Part shown: positions 47,926-57,000 of the stretch, in pieces
Numbering within the stretch: the first letter of the stretch is position 1
Layout: each line of letters opens with the position of its first letter
Assembly (NCBI GenBank): GCA_002418895.1
Contig: DIFA01000017.1
Coordinates: 668-64,667, forward strand
DNA from: Dehalococcoidia bacterium UBA5760
Lineage (GTDB): Bacteria > Chloroflexota > Dehalococcoidia > Dehalococcoidales > UBA5760
DNA length: 64,000 nt
Reading direction: 5' to 3'
Notes under the pieces: model-generated
Databases searched by the model: none
What the model was told of the DNA's origin: nothing
What the model saw: the letters and a program-made list of their open reading frames with translations, nothing else
Program-made: the position numbers and the translations under genes

Positions 47926-49245
47926 TTGGAGAGAATTAGTGGGTTTTCACTGGCAAAAGTAGCGTTGTCACGGCAGGTCCCTGATGATTTTCATCAGGTC
48001 TCGCCGTTCCTTAAGCAGAAGCTGAAAGAGATGTTCGGCTGTGACGACCCGGAGCAGGTGGTCAGGCATATTATCGCTGAGGTACGCAGCAGGGGGGATG
48101 ATGCCCTCCTTGATTTTACCTCGAAGATTGACGGTGTGGAGCTTACCTGCCTGGAGGTGGACAGGCAACGGATAACCAGTGCTTATCAAGAGGTTGATTC
48201 CGGACTGGTGGCGGCGCTTGAGCTGGCTGCCGGGCGGATAAGATCTTTTCATACCAGTCAAAGAGACAGCATCGGTAAGGGGTTTACCGTGGATGGCTTG
48301 CGTCAGCTGATACGTCCCCTGGAGCGCGTCGGTCTTTATGCTCCCGGCGGTACCGCTGCCTATCCGTCAACGGTCTTGATGACTGCTATACCGGCTAAGG
48401 TAGCCGGAGTTAAGGAGACTATCCTGGCATCTTCACCAAAGTCGGGCGGTGTGATCCCCCCGGCTACCCTGGTGGCTGCTGATATCGCCGGCGTTGACCG
48501 TGTCTTTTCCATTGGTGGCGCTCAGGCAGTCGCTGCCCTGGCTTTCGGTACGGCGTCTATACCGAAGGTGGATAAAATCTGTGGTCCCGGTAATATCTTC
48601 GTTGTTTTAGCCAAAAAATTGGTCTACGGGGCGGTCGATATTGATGGGTTGCAGGGGCCGAGCGAGGTGATCATTATTGCTGATGAGACTGCCGACGCCG
48701 GCTACTGTGCCGCTGATATTTTGGCCCAGGCGGAGCATGACCCGCTGGCATCGGCTATTCTGATAACCACCTCATCCCGGCTGGCTGATGAGGTTGACGC
48801 TGAGGTTGAGCGGCAGTTGGCCAGACTGTCTCGTAGAGCTATCATTGCTGAGTCTTTAAGGACTGGTGGCAGGATAGTAGTGGTAGCCGGTATCGATGAG
48901 GCGATAGAATTGGCTAATCTGTATGCCCCGGAGCACCTTTGCCTGGTTGGTAACGGTGCCGCCGGCTGGGTGGATAGGATCTCTAATGCCGGGTGTGTCT
49001 TTGTCGGCGAGCGTTCGACGGTGGTGCTGGGTGATTATGTGGCCGGGCCGAGCCACGTTCTACCTACCGGGGGGACGGCTCGGTTTAGCTCGCCGCTCAA
49101 TGTGAGCGATTTTGTCAAGTTTATCAATGTTGTTTGGCTTGATGAGTCTGATGTCAAAAGAATTGGTCCGGCTGCGGTTGCCATCGCTCGGGCTGAAGGG
49201 CTTGAGGCCCATGCCCGGGCTATGGAAAAGCGGCTTGGGAAGTGA
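47926..49245 (+). CDS. hisD: histidinol dehydrogenase
   Basis: 439 aa, TTG start. GGAQAVAALAFGT, QAEHD, GDYVAGPSHVLPT. Confidence 0.93.
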   Translation: MERISGFSLAKVALSRQVPDDFHQVSPFLKQKLKEMFGCDDPEQVVRHIIAEVRSRGDDALLDFTSKIDGVELTCLEVDRQRITSAYQEVDSGLVAALELAAGRIRSFHTSQRDSIGKGFTVDGLRQLIRPLERVGLYAPGGTAAYPSTVLMTAIPAKVAGVKETILASSPKSGGVIPPATLVAADIAGVDRVFSIGGAQAVAALAFGTASIPKVDKICGPGNIFVVLAKKLVYGAVDIDGLQGPSEVIIIADETADAGYCAADILAQAEHDPLASAILITTSSRLADEVDAEVERQLARLSRRAIIAESLRTGGRIVVVAGIDEAIELANLYAPEHLCLVGNGAAGWVDRISNAGCVFVGERSTVVLGDYVAGPSHVLPTGGTARFSSPLNVSDFVKFINVVWLDESDVKRIGPAAVAIARAEGLEAHARAMEKRLGK

Positions 49246-49266
49246 TTTGCAGAGGTTATCTGTTGC

Positions 49267-50013
49267 ATGGTGCTTGGCGTATTGACCGGGAATGAAATAG
49301 CGAGATACCGGAGGCAGATAAGCATCTTTGGCAAAAACGGCCAGAAGAAGCTTAAGAGAGCGAAGGTCTTCGTCGCCGGCGCGGGTGGTCTTGGTTCCGC
49401 GGTGTTGGCGTATCTTACTGCAGCCGGTATCGGCAGTATCAGGGTGGTTGACAATGATGTTGTCGAGCTTTCTAATCTGAACCGGCAGATACTGCACTGG
49501 GACGGCGACGTCGGCAGAGAGAAAGTAGTCTCGGCGAAGGAAAAGCTGGAGAAGATGAATGCCAACGTTAAGCTGGAGGTTATCTCAGCGACGATAGATA
49601 AAGACAATGTCGAAGAGCTTGTTGCTGATTACGATATGATTGTCGACGCAATGGACAACTTTAGCACCCGTTACGTGTTGAACAGGGCGGCGTTGTCCCG
49701 AAAAATCCCTTTCTTTCATGGTGCCGTCCAGGGGTTCTACGGGCAGTTGACTACCATTATCCCCGACCGTACTGCTTGCTTGAGGTGTATTTTCCCCGAG
49801 GCTCCTCCGTCGGATACACCTGCCGTGGTCGGGGTAACCCCCGGTGTTATCGGTTGCCTTCAGTCAGGTGAGGTGATAAAATATATCCTTGGGATGGGTG
49901 AGCTTCTGGAGAATCGGCTCTTGATATGGGATGGGTTGAAGGTGGCAATGGACGAAGTCCTGCTGGAAAAGAATCCCGATTGCAGAGACTGCGGTAGTAG
50001 AGTCAGCTTATGA
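49267..50013 (+). CDS. ThiF/MoeB/HesA-family E1-like adenylyltransferase
   Basis: 248 aa. RYRRQI, VAGAGGLGS, LSNLNRQ, and a Zn site of CLRC...CRDC. Confidence 0.8.
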   Translation: MVLGVLTGNEIARYRRQISIFGKNGQKKLKRAKVFVAGAGGLGSAVLAYLTAAGIGSIRVVDNDVVELSNLNRQILHWDGDVGREKVVSAKEKLEKMNANVKLEVISATIDKDNVEELVADYDMIVDAMDNFSTRYVLNRAALSRKIPFFHGAVQGFYGQLTTIIPDRTACLRCIFPEAPPSDTPAVVGVTPGVIGCLQSGEVIKYILGMGELLENRLLIWDGLKVAMDEVLLEKNPDCRDCGSRVSL

Positions 50014-50288
50014 AGGTTAAGGTGAAGTTTTTTGCTTCCTTGACGGAAGTATTCGGTGATAGGGAGCGTGAGGTTGAATTGGGGGAGGGAGCTCGCATAA
50101 AGGACCTTTTGGATGCTTTGTGTGATTCATCCAGGTGTCGACAGAATGTGTTCGATGATTCCGGCAAGATTAAGATGCGTATTCAGATAATGAAGAACCG
50201 CATGCCCATTCAATCTTTTGATGGGATTAGTACCAGGCTTGAGGAAGGGGATGTCATCTCGATTATCCCGCCTATGTTTGCCGGTTGA
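50010..50288 (+). CDS. MoaD/ThiS-family ubiquitin-like sulfur-carrier protein (C-terminus Ala-Gly)
   Basis: 92 aa. MKVKVKFFASLTEVFG... beta-grasp pattern, ending ...DVISIIPPMFAG. The start overlaps the ThiF-like stop. Confidence 0.7.
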   Translation: MKVKVKFFASLTEVFGDREREVELGEGARIKDLLDALCDSSRCRQNVFDDSGKIKMRIQIMKNRMPIQSFDGISTRLEEGDVISIIPPMFAG

Positions 50289-50330
50289 CTGGCCGTCAGT
50301 CATAAATAAATAACTCAAGGAGGACTGTTG

Positions 50331-52217
50331 ATGCTGAAAGGTGGGTACTGGGGTAAGATTCTGTGGGTAGACCTGTCCAGTAAAAAGATTAGTGAGGCTA
50401 CATTCGATGAAGCCTTCGCCAGGAAGTATCTGGGTGGGGTTGGTCTGGCGACGAGGATAGTCTCCGAGCATGTGACCAGGAATACCAACCCGCTCGGGCC
50501 GGGTAACGTGCTCGTCTTCGCTACCGGGCCATACCAGGCGGCGAATATCGCCAGCGCCGGCAGGTGTTCTTGCGCGGCAAGGGCTCCGCTCAGTGGATAC
50601 TGGGGAGAGGCTAATGCCGGGGGGCACATCGGGCCTGAGCTGAAACGGGCCGGCTTCGATGCCGTGGTGATTACGGGAAGAGCTGCCAATCCGGTCTATC
50701 TCTGGATTAATGATGGTAAGGCTGAAATCAGAGATGCCAGCTCTTTATGGGGACTAGATGCCGTCGAGACAACGGCGGCATTGAAGGAGTCAGTTGATGC
50801 CAAGGCGGCGGTGAGCTGTATCGGACCCGGCGGGGAGAACCTGGTGCGCTTTGCCTGCATCGCCAACGATAACCACGGCTATTTCGGCCGTGGCGGCATG
50901 GGTGCCGTGATGGGGTCGAAGAACTTGAAGGCTTTGGTCATCAGAGGAACTCTTAAGCCGCCCATCGCCGATGAAGGTAAGCTGAGAGAGGTCTATAAAG
51001 ACGTTCTGTCCAGGGCCAAGGATGCCCCCTTTACCAAGGATAACGCCGAACACGGTCAGGCTTCGGCGGTTGTGCCCAGGGAGGAAAACGGGCTCCTGCC
51101 GATGAAGAACTTTACTATGGACAACTGGACTGAAGGGGCAGCCAAGATAGGTGCTCCGCACTTTACCGAGGAGCTCCAGATCAAGCGGTGGCCCTGCCCC
51201 TCCTGCATCATGGGGTGTCACCGGAGGATTACCAACCCGAAGTACTTTCCTGCGGATACAGGTGGCCCGGAGTTTGAGACACTGGGCATGATCGGCTCCA
51301 ATCTCCTCATCGATGATCTGGGGGCAATAGTCAGGGCTAATGAGATGGCTAATCGCTATACGATAGATACCATCGATCTTGGCGGCGTGCTGGGCTGGGC
51401 TTTTGAGTGCTACGAGCACGGTTTGATAACCAAAGAAGATACCGACGGTATAGCTCTGGAGTGGGGGAGCGGTGATGCTCTGGTCAAGATGACGGAGAAG
51501 ATAGCCAGGAGAGAAGGTATCGGCAACCTGCTTGCGGAGGGACTAAGGGCCTGTGTCGAACACATACCGGGAACTCAACTCTACGCTCAGGAGTCCTTGG
51601 GGCAGACTGTGGGAGCGCACGACCCGAGGGCTTTCTGGGGGCAGACGATAACTACCATCGCCTCGACGAGAGGTGGCTGTCACCTGCATGGGTTTGCCGA
51701 GGCCTTTGATCTGGGTGCTCTTCTGCCTGAGATAGGTATTACCGAAGGGACCGACAGGTTCGATGTGGCCAAGAAGGGCTATGCCGGTGCTATCTATCAG
51801 GATATCCAGCAATTCTGGAACAGCCTGACCTGGTGTTTCTTCTATTTCTTCTCCGGAGTGACATTAGCCGATCAAGTTAACATGCTTAACGCCATAACCG
51901 GCTGGGATGTAACCCCTGCCGAGGCTCAGAAGATGGGTGAGCGTATCGTGTGTATGCAGCAGGTGTTTAACCTGAATATGGGCATGGTGCCGGAGAAGGA
52001 AAACGTGATGCAGGAGCGCTTTACCAAACCCCATAAAGAGGGTGGTGCTGCCGGCAAGGTACCGCCCTGGCAGGCGATTCTGCAAGAGTACTGGGAGACA
52101 AAAGACTGGACCAAAGGCGTTCCCAGCAAGGCAAAATTGGCAGAGCTGGGCCTGGATAAACTTGAGGCTAAAAAGGCGCTCAGTGATGCGGTGGCCCGGG
52201 ACTATAAGAAGGACTAG
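50331..52217 (+). CDS. aldehyde:ferredoxin oxidoreductase family protein, paralog 2
   Basis: About 628 aa. The ATG at 50331 is 7 nt after an AAGGAGG RBS (the track starts one codon earlier at a TTG). KYLGGVGLA, CPSCIMGC (CxxCxxxC), and a distal Cys in SLTWCFFY. Confidence 0.85.
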   Translation: MLKGGYWGKILWVDLSSKKISEATFDEAFARKYLGGVGLATRIVSEHVTRNTNPLGPGNVLVFATGPYQAANIASAGRCSCAARAPLSGYWGEANAGGHIGPELKRAGFDAVVITGRAANPVYLWINDGKAEIRDASSLWGLDAVETTAALKESVDAKAAVSCIGPGGENLVRFACIANDNHGYFGRGGMGAVMGSKNLKALVIRGTLKPPIADEGKLREVYKDVLSRAKDAPFTKDNAEHGQASAVVPREENGLLPMKNFTMDNWTEGAAKIGAPHFTEELQIKRWPCPSCIMGCHRRITNPKYFPADTGGPEFETLGMIGSNLLIDDLGAIVRANEMANRYTIDTIDLGGVLGWAFECYEHGLITKEDTDGIALEWGSGDALVKMTEKIARREGIGNLLAEGLRACVEHIPGTQLYAQESLGQTVGAHDPRAFWGQTITTIASTRGGCHLHGFAEAFDLGALLPEIGITEGTDRFDVAKKGYAGAIYQDIQQFWNSLTWCFFYFFSGVTLADQVNMLNAITGWDVTPAEAQKMGERIVCMQQVFNLNMGMVPEKENVMQERFTKPHKEGGAAGKVPPWQAILQEYWETKDWTKGVPSKAKLAELGLDKLEAKKALSDAVARDYKKD

Positions 52218-52285
52218 GGATTCCACTATAGCCGTTCGGAATTAATAGAGGGCAGGCTGTCAAAGACCGCCTGGTAAGAGAGAAT

Positions 52286-52360
52286 AAGAGGGAGTCGCCA
52301 TAGGCAGGCCGTTGTTTCTGTAGCGGTGCTGACCTTTGGGGACTTCCTCTTCTTTATTCA
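52286..52360 (+). terminator. candidate terminator / structured element after AOR paralog 2
   Basis: AAGAGGGAGTC (52286-52296) pairs with GACTTCCTCTT (52341-52351), 11 bp with 1 mismatch, enclosing 44 nt and followed by a T-rich tract. Confidence 0.3.
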
Positions 52361-52425
52361 TTTCAGTACGAATTACAGTTATAACGTATGTATCCGGCAG
52401 TTCTGTAGGATAATCCGGCAATTCG

Positions 52426-52434
52426 TGCTACAAT
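52426..52434 (+). promoter_or_regulatory. candidate extended -10 promoter (TGcTACAAT) for hisC-hisB
   Basis: TGCTACAAT at 52426-52434. There is no convincing -35. The ATG at 52435 abuts it, which argues for the downstream start at 52477. Confidence 0.35.
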
Positions 52435-52476
52435 ATGGGGCGGTTTAGTTTTATGATACGAGGAGATAGAGAAGGC

Positions 52477-53586
52477 ATGTCAGGTGATGGCGAAATAGAG
52501 AGACTTATACGCCCCGGTTTAGTTGCTTTTGGCGGCTATAGCGCCCGAAAGTCACCGGAGAATCTGGTGGGGGAGCTTGAGGTTCCGTTAGAGAGCGTCA
52601 TCAAGCTGGATGCTAATGAGAACCCCTATGGCTGTTCGCCGCGAGTCAACCGGGCACTTGCCTCCTTTCGTGAGATAAATACCTATGCCGATGCCGGACA
52701 GCAGGAACTGAGCGGATTGATCGAGGGTTATACCGGAATCAGCGCCGGGCACATCGTATCCGGTAATGGCAGCTGTGAGTTGATCGACCTTCTTTTCCGC
52801 CTCTTTGTTGAACCGGGGGATGAGGTGATAGTTACCGCCCCTGCTTTCATTATGTATCGTTTCAGCGCCGGAATCTGTGGCGGCAGACTGGTCGAAGTAC
52901 CCAGGGACAAGGGCTTTGGTATCAATGTTGCGGCGATAAAGGCAGCAATAGGCAAAAGGACCAGAATGATAATTATCGATAATCCTAATAACCCTACCGG
53001 GAACCTGGCTGCCGAGAAGGATATTCTTGAGATAGCTGCTACCGGGCTGCCGGTAGTAGTGGATGAAGCCTATTTCGAGTTTGCCGGAGAAACCTTGGTG
53101 CCGCTGATGGACAGGTATCACAACCTGATGGTGCTGCGAACATTCAGTAAGTGGGCCGGGCTTGCTGGCCTCAGGATTGGTTACGGCCTTTTCCCTCCTA
53201 TAGTTGCCAATTACCTGATGAAGATTAAGCTCCCCTATAATGTGAATGTGGCGGCCATCGTCGCTGTTCGTGAGTCGCTGAAGGACCTGGATTACTTGAT
53301 GGATAACGTGAGGGCGATAATCGCCGAAAGGGAAAGGCTTTTTAATGAACTTAAAAAGTTTAAGTTTTTAGAGCCCTTTCCCTCGCGGGCTAACTTCATC
53401 CTTTGTTCGGTCCTGGGCGCCATGGCTGGCGAGCTCTGTGATAAACTTCAGAGGAGAGGCATCCAGGTTCGCTACTTTAATACGCCGGTACTAAAGAATT
53501 ATATCCGTATCAGCGTGGGTAAACCGGAGCATACCGATATTCTGATCAGGGCACTCCAGAAAATAGGGGAGGAGATAAATGGCTAA
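52477..53586 (+). CDS. hisC: histidinol-phosphate aminotransferase
   Basis: 369 aa from the ATG at 52477. [17 protein letters not shown], and the PLP Lys in [16 protein letters not shown]. Confidence 0.9.
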   Translation: MSGDGEIERLIRPGLVAFGGYSARKSPENLVGELEVPLESVIKLDANENPYGCSPRVNRALASFREINTYADAGQQELSGLIEGYTGISAGHIVSGNGSCELIDLLFRLFVEPGDEVIVTAPAFIMYRFSAGICGGRLVEVPRDKGFGINVAAIKAAIGKRTRMIIIDNPNNPTGNLAAEKDILEIAATGLPVVVDEAYFEFAGETLVPLMDRYHNLMVLRTFSKWAGLAGLRIGYGLFPPIVANYLMKIKLPYNVNVAAIVAVRESLKDLDYLMDNVRAIIAERERLFNELKKFKFLEPFPSRANFILCSVLGAMAGELCDKLQRRGIQVRYFNTPVLKNYIRISVGKPEHTDILIRALQKIGEEING

Positions 53587-54169
53587 TCGAGATTCCGTTG
53601 TAAAAAGGGAGACTAAGGAGACCGACATCAGCCTTTCGCTTAATATTGACGGCAGCGGCAAATGGGATATGAACAGCGGTATCAGGATGCTGGATCATCT
53701 GCTGGCCCAATTATCCCAGCACGGTCTATTTGACATAAAGCTTTCAGCGACCGGTGTTGATCAGCATCACGTAGTAGAGGACGTCGCTATTACCCTGGGT
53801 AAGGCTTTTGCTCAGGCACTGGGTGAGAGGCGGGGTATTGTCAGGATGGCCGATGCGGCCGTACCGATGGATGATGCCCTGGCAGAGGTGGTTGTAGACC
53901 TGAGCGGTCGGGGATATACGGTATTGGATTTGCCTTTTAGTGATAATGATATGTTCGGTTTTCCCACCGACCTGGTCCGTCACTTCCTGGAGACCTTTGC
54001 TGTTGAAGCCAGGATCAATCTCCACGCCAGATTTCTCTACGGTGTTAACGATCATCATAAAGCGGAAGCCTTGTTCAAGGCCCTGGGTAGAGTCCTGGAT
54101 AAGGCTACCAGAATCGATGAGCGAATCAGAGGTGAACTGCCCAGTACCAAGGAATTCCTTGAAGGTTAA
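53579..54169 (+). CDS. hisB: imidazoleglycerol-phosphate dehydratase
   Basis: 196 aa. [44 protein letters not shown]. Confidence 0.95.
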   Translation: MANRDSVVKRETKETDISLSLNIDGSGKWDMNSGIRMLDHLLAQLSQHGLFDIKLSATGVDQHHVVEDVAITLGKAFAQALGERRGIVRMADAAVPMDDALAEVVVDLSGRGYTVLDLPFSDNDMFGFPTDLVRHFLETFAVEARINLHARFLYGVNDHHKAEALFKALGRVLDKATRIDERIRGELPSTKEFLEG

Positions 54170-54185
54170 TACGTCGGGTTGAGTT

Positions 54186-55094
54186 CTATCCCAGCTTCTT
54201 ACCGGTCAACCTTTCGTAGGCATGCCGGTATCTTGTGGTAGTAGCTTCGATAACCTCCGGCGGTAGCATAGGAGCTGGGGGTTCTTTATTCCATCCTGAC
54301 CCGGCGAGCCAGTCCCGTACCGGCTGTTTATCATAGCTTGGTTGGGATTGCCCCACCTTGTAGAGCCCGGCATCCCAGAACCGGCTCGAGTCCGGGGTTA
54401 AAAGTTCGTCAACTAGAAGGAGCCGGTCGCCATCCAGCCCGAATTCCATCTTGGTATCGGCGATAATAATGTCTCTGGCGTAATCCCTTGCGTAGTTATA
54501 GATGGCCATACTTTTTTCCTTGAGCTCACGGGCCATCTTTTCCCCTACCATTTCTTTCAGCTCATAGGTACTGAGCGGCAGGTCGTGCCCTGTCTCTGCC
54601 TTGGTTGTCGGTGTGAATAATGGTTCGGGTAGCTCCTGGCTTTCCTTCAGCCCTGCCGGTAGCGGTTCGTCGTTAACTGTACCCTGTTTTTGATACTCTA
54701 CCCAGGCCGATCCGGAGAGGTAGCCGCGAATAACGCATTCAACCGGAATAACCTTAACTTTCTTAGCGATCATAGACCTTGCCTCAAGGTAAGAGGGATA
54801 AGCAAAGCGGTCTATCGCCGGCAGGTATTTGTCCAGGCATCTTACGTCATCAACTACTTCTATCAGGTGGTTGGCTATTATACTTTCTGTATTCCGGAAC
54901 CAGAAGGCGGAGAGTTTGTTGAGCACCATACCTTTATCTGGGATGCCACAGGGTAGTACTACATCGAAGGCGGAGATGCGGTCGGTGGTTACGATTAGCA
55001 GCTGATTGCCCAGGTCATAGGTATCACGTACCTTGCCTCGGGAAAATGTTGGCAGGGGCAGATCGCTTTTCAGTAAAACAGGGCAAGCGCTCAT
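54186..55094 (-). CDS. purC: phosphoribosylaminoimidazole-succinocarboxamide (SAICAR) synthase
   Basis: The start is taken at MSACPVLL (ATG at 55094), overlapping the purB stop (ATGA). SRGKVRDTYDL, TDRISAFD, ADTKMEFG. Confidence 0.9.
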   Translation of the reverse strand: MSACPVLLKSDLPLPTFSRGKVRDTYDLGNQLLIVTTDRISAFDVVLPCGIPDKGMVLNKLSAFWFRNTESIIANHLIEVVDDVRCLDKYLPAIDRFAYPSYLEARSMIAKKVKVIPVECVIRGYLSGSAWVEYQKQGTVNDEPLPAGLKESQELPEPLFTPTTKAETGHDLPLSTYELKEMVGEKMARELKEKSMAIYNYARDYARDIIIADTKMEFGLDGDRLLLVDELLTPDSSRFWDAGLYKVGQSQPSYDKQPVRDWLAGSGWNKEPPAPMLPPEVIEATTTRYRHAYERLTGKKLG

Positions 55095-56446
55095 ATTGAC
55101 CTCGGCACCATGTTCTTGTCTTCCGTTGCAGTCGCTTTTTCTTTCCACTGTGCTGATGTCAGGCCGATTCTCTTGAAGATGTCGTCGATGTAGCGCAAAT
55201 AGTACTGCTCGTTAAAAAGCGGTTCAAGCTCTTCCGGAGCCAGGATAGCGGTAATATCGGCATCGGCCTTAAGCAGCTTCAGAAAATCCCTGTTCTTCTC
55301 CCAGGTCTTCATAGCATTTCGCTGTACCAGTTCGTATGCTTTTTGACGGGATAGCCCCTTATCGATAAGGGTCAGCATTACCCGTTGCGAGAAGACCAGT
55401 CCCTTGGTAAGTTCGATATTTCTCTTCATCTTCTGGGGATAGACCAGTAAGCCTCTCATTACCGATGCAAAAAGACTGAGACAGTAGTCCAGGACGAGGC
55501 AGGCGTCGGGAAGAATGATACGCTCTGTTGAAGAGTGGCTGATATCCCGTTCGTGCCATAATGCGATGTTCTCCATTGAGGTCAGGGCGTAGCCCCTTAG
55601 CAGTCGAGCTAGGCCGCAGATTCGCTCGCAGAGCTCGGGGTTACGCTTGTGCGGCATGGCTGAAGACCCGGTCTGGCCGGCTGCAAAGGGTTCCTCTACT
55701 TCCCTGACCTCAGTCTTTTGTAACGCCCTGATTTCGGTGGCGAATTTCTCTAATGAACTGGCGATTATTGCCAGGGTAGTGGTGAACTGAGCGTGACGGT
55801 CGCGCTGTATAATCTGATTCGATACCGGTGCCGGTGAAAGCCCCAGTCTGGCGCAGGTCTTCTCTTCAAGTTCAGGGAGCAGGGTGGCGTAGGTGCCGAC
55901 TGCCCCCGAGATTTTGCCGACGGTGATAGCCCTCTTGGCGGCGGTAAGCCTCTGGCGGTGGCGCTTCATTTCCTCGACCCACAGCGCTAGCTTCAGACCG
56001 AAGGAGAGCGGTTCGGCATGGATACCGTGTGTGCGGCCGATCATAGCCGTGTATTTATGCTTTATCGCTTGTTGCGCCAGTACCGAAATCAGTTCTTTTA
56101 TATCCTGATTCAGTATCTCTGTCGCCTCGATAAGCTGTAGGCTGAGGGCAGTATCAATTACATCCGAGGAGGTAAGACCGAGATGAATAAAGCGTGATTC
56201 TTTACCCAGGCTTGTAGCTACGGAGCTGAGAAAGGCGGTAACGTCGTGGTGAGTTTCTTTGAGAATTTCCTCCATACGTTTAAGATTAACACGGGCCAGC
56301 TTTATCTTGGGTACCGCCTCTCTGGGGATAACACCCAGTTCCGCCCATGATTCGCAGACGGCAATCTCTACCTCAAGCCATTTGTTGAATTTGTTCTCGT
56401 CTGACCAGACGCTCTTCATTTGTGGTCGGGAATATCGTTCAATCAT
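55091..56446 (-). CDS. purB: adenylosuccinate lyase
   Basis: 451 aa. MIERYSRPQM, and the signature loop GQTGSSAMPHKRNP. Confidence 0.95.
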   Translation of the reverse strand: MIERYSRPQMKSVWSDENKFNKWLEVEIAVCESWAELGVIPREAVPKIKLARVNLKRMEEILKETHHDVTAFLSSVATSLGKESRFIHLGLTSSDVIDTALSLQLIEATEILNQDIKELISVLAQQAIKHKYTAMIGRTHGIHAEPLSFGLKLALWVEEMKRHRQRLTAAKRAITVGKISGAVGTYATLLPELEEKTCARLGLSPAPVSNQIIQRDRHAQFTTTLAIIASSLEKFATEIRALQKTEVREVEEPFAAGQTGSSAMPHKRNPELCERICGLARLLRGYALTSMENIALWHERDISHSSTERIILPDACLVLDYCLSLFASVMRGLLVYPQKMKRNIELTKGLVFSQRVMLTLIDKGLSRQKAYELVQRNAMKTWEKNRDFLKLLKADADITAILAPEELEPLFNEQYYLRYIDDIFKRIGLTSAQWKEKATATEDKNMVPRSI

Positions 56447-56907
56447 TTGTTATCTCCCTGTAAATCACTCCTGTATTTCTCGTAGGAGTTTCTTATCTCA
56501 TCATGCTTCAGGCCCAGAATTTCGGCTGCCAGATAAGCCGCGTTCTTAGCTCCGGCACTACCGATTGCCACGCAGGCTACCGGTACTCCAGCCGGCATCT
56601 GGACTATGGAATAGAGGGCATCAAGCCCATTTAGTTCACTACCAGCCAGCGGTACGCCGATGACCGGTATAGTCGTCCAGCTGGCTATGACTCCGGGGAG
56701 GTGGGCGGCGCCGCCGGCGGCGGCGATGATGACCTCAATCCCCCTGCCCCTGGCATCCAATCCGAAACTGCGTACCTTTTCCGGGTTGCGGTGGGCTGAC
56801 ATTACGATTAGCTCATAGTCGATACCCAGCTTACCGAGTGCCTCCAGCGTCGATCGCATCGATTCGGTATCTGATTTACTGCCCATAACTACAGCTACTA
56901 ACGGCAT
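56443..56907 (-). CDS. purE: 5-(carboxyamino)imidazole ribonucleotide mutase
   Basis: 154 aa. VAVVMGSKSD, SAHRNP, AGGAAHLPGV. Confidence 0.93.
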   Translation of the reverse strand: MPLVAVVMGSKSDTESMRSTLEALGKLGIDYELIVMSAHRNPEKVRSFGLDARGRGIEVIIAAAGGAAHLPGVIASWTTIPVIGVPLAGSELNGLDALYSIVQMPAGVPVACVAIGSAGAKNAAYLAAEILGLKHDEIRNSYEKYRSDLQGDNK

Positions 56908-57000
56908 ATATTAATCTCACCTCCTCCAGCCCTCTCCTCTTTTCGAGAAGAAGGAAAGAAGTTATTTGTAAGTGGACAGAGTCTTCATCGGGCCATTTTA

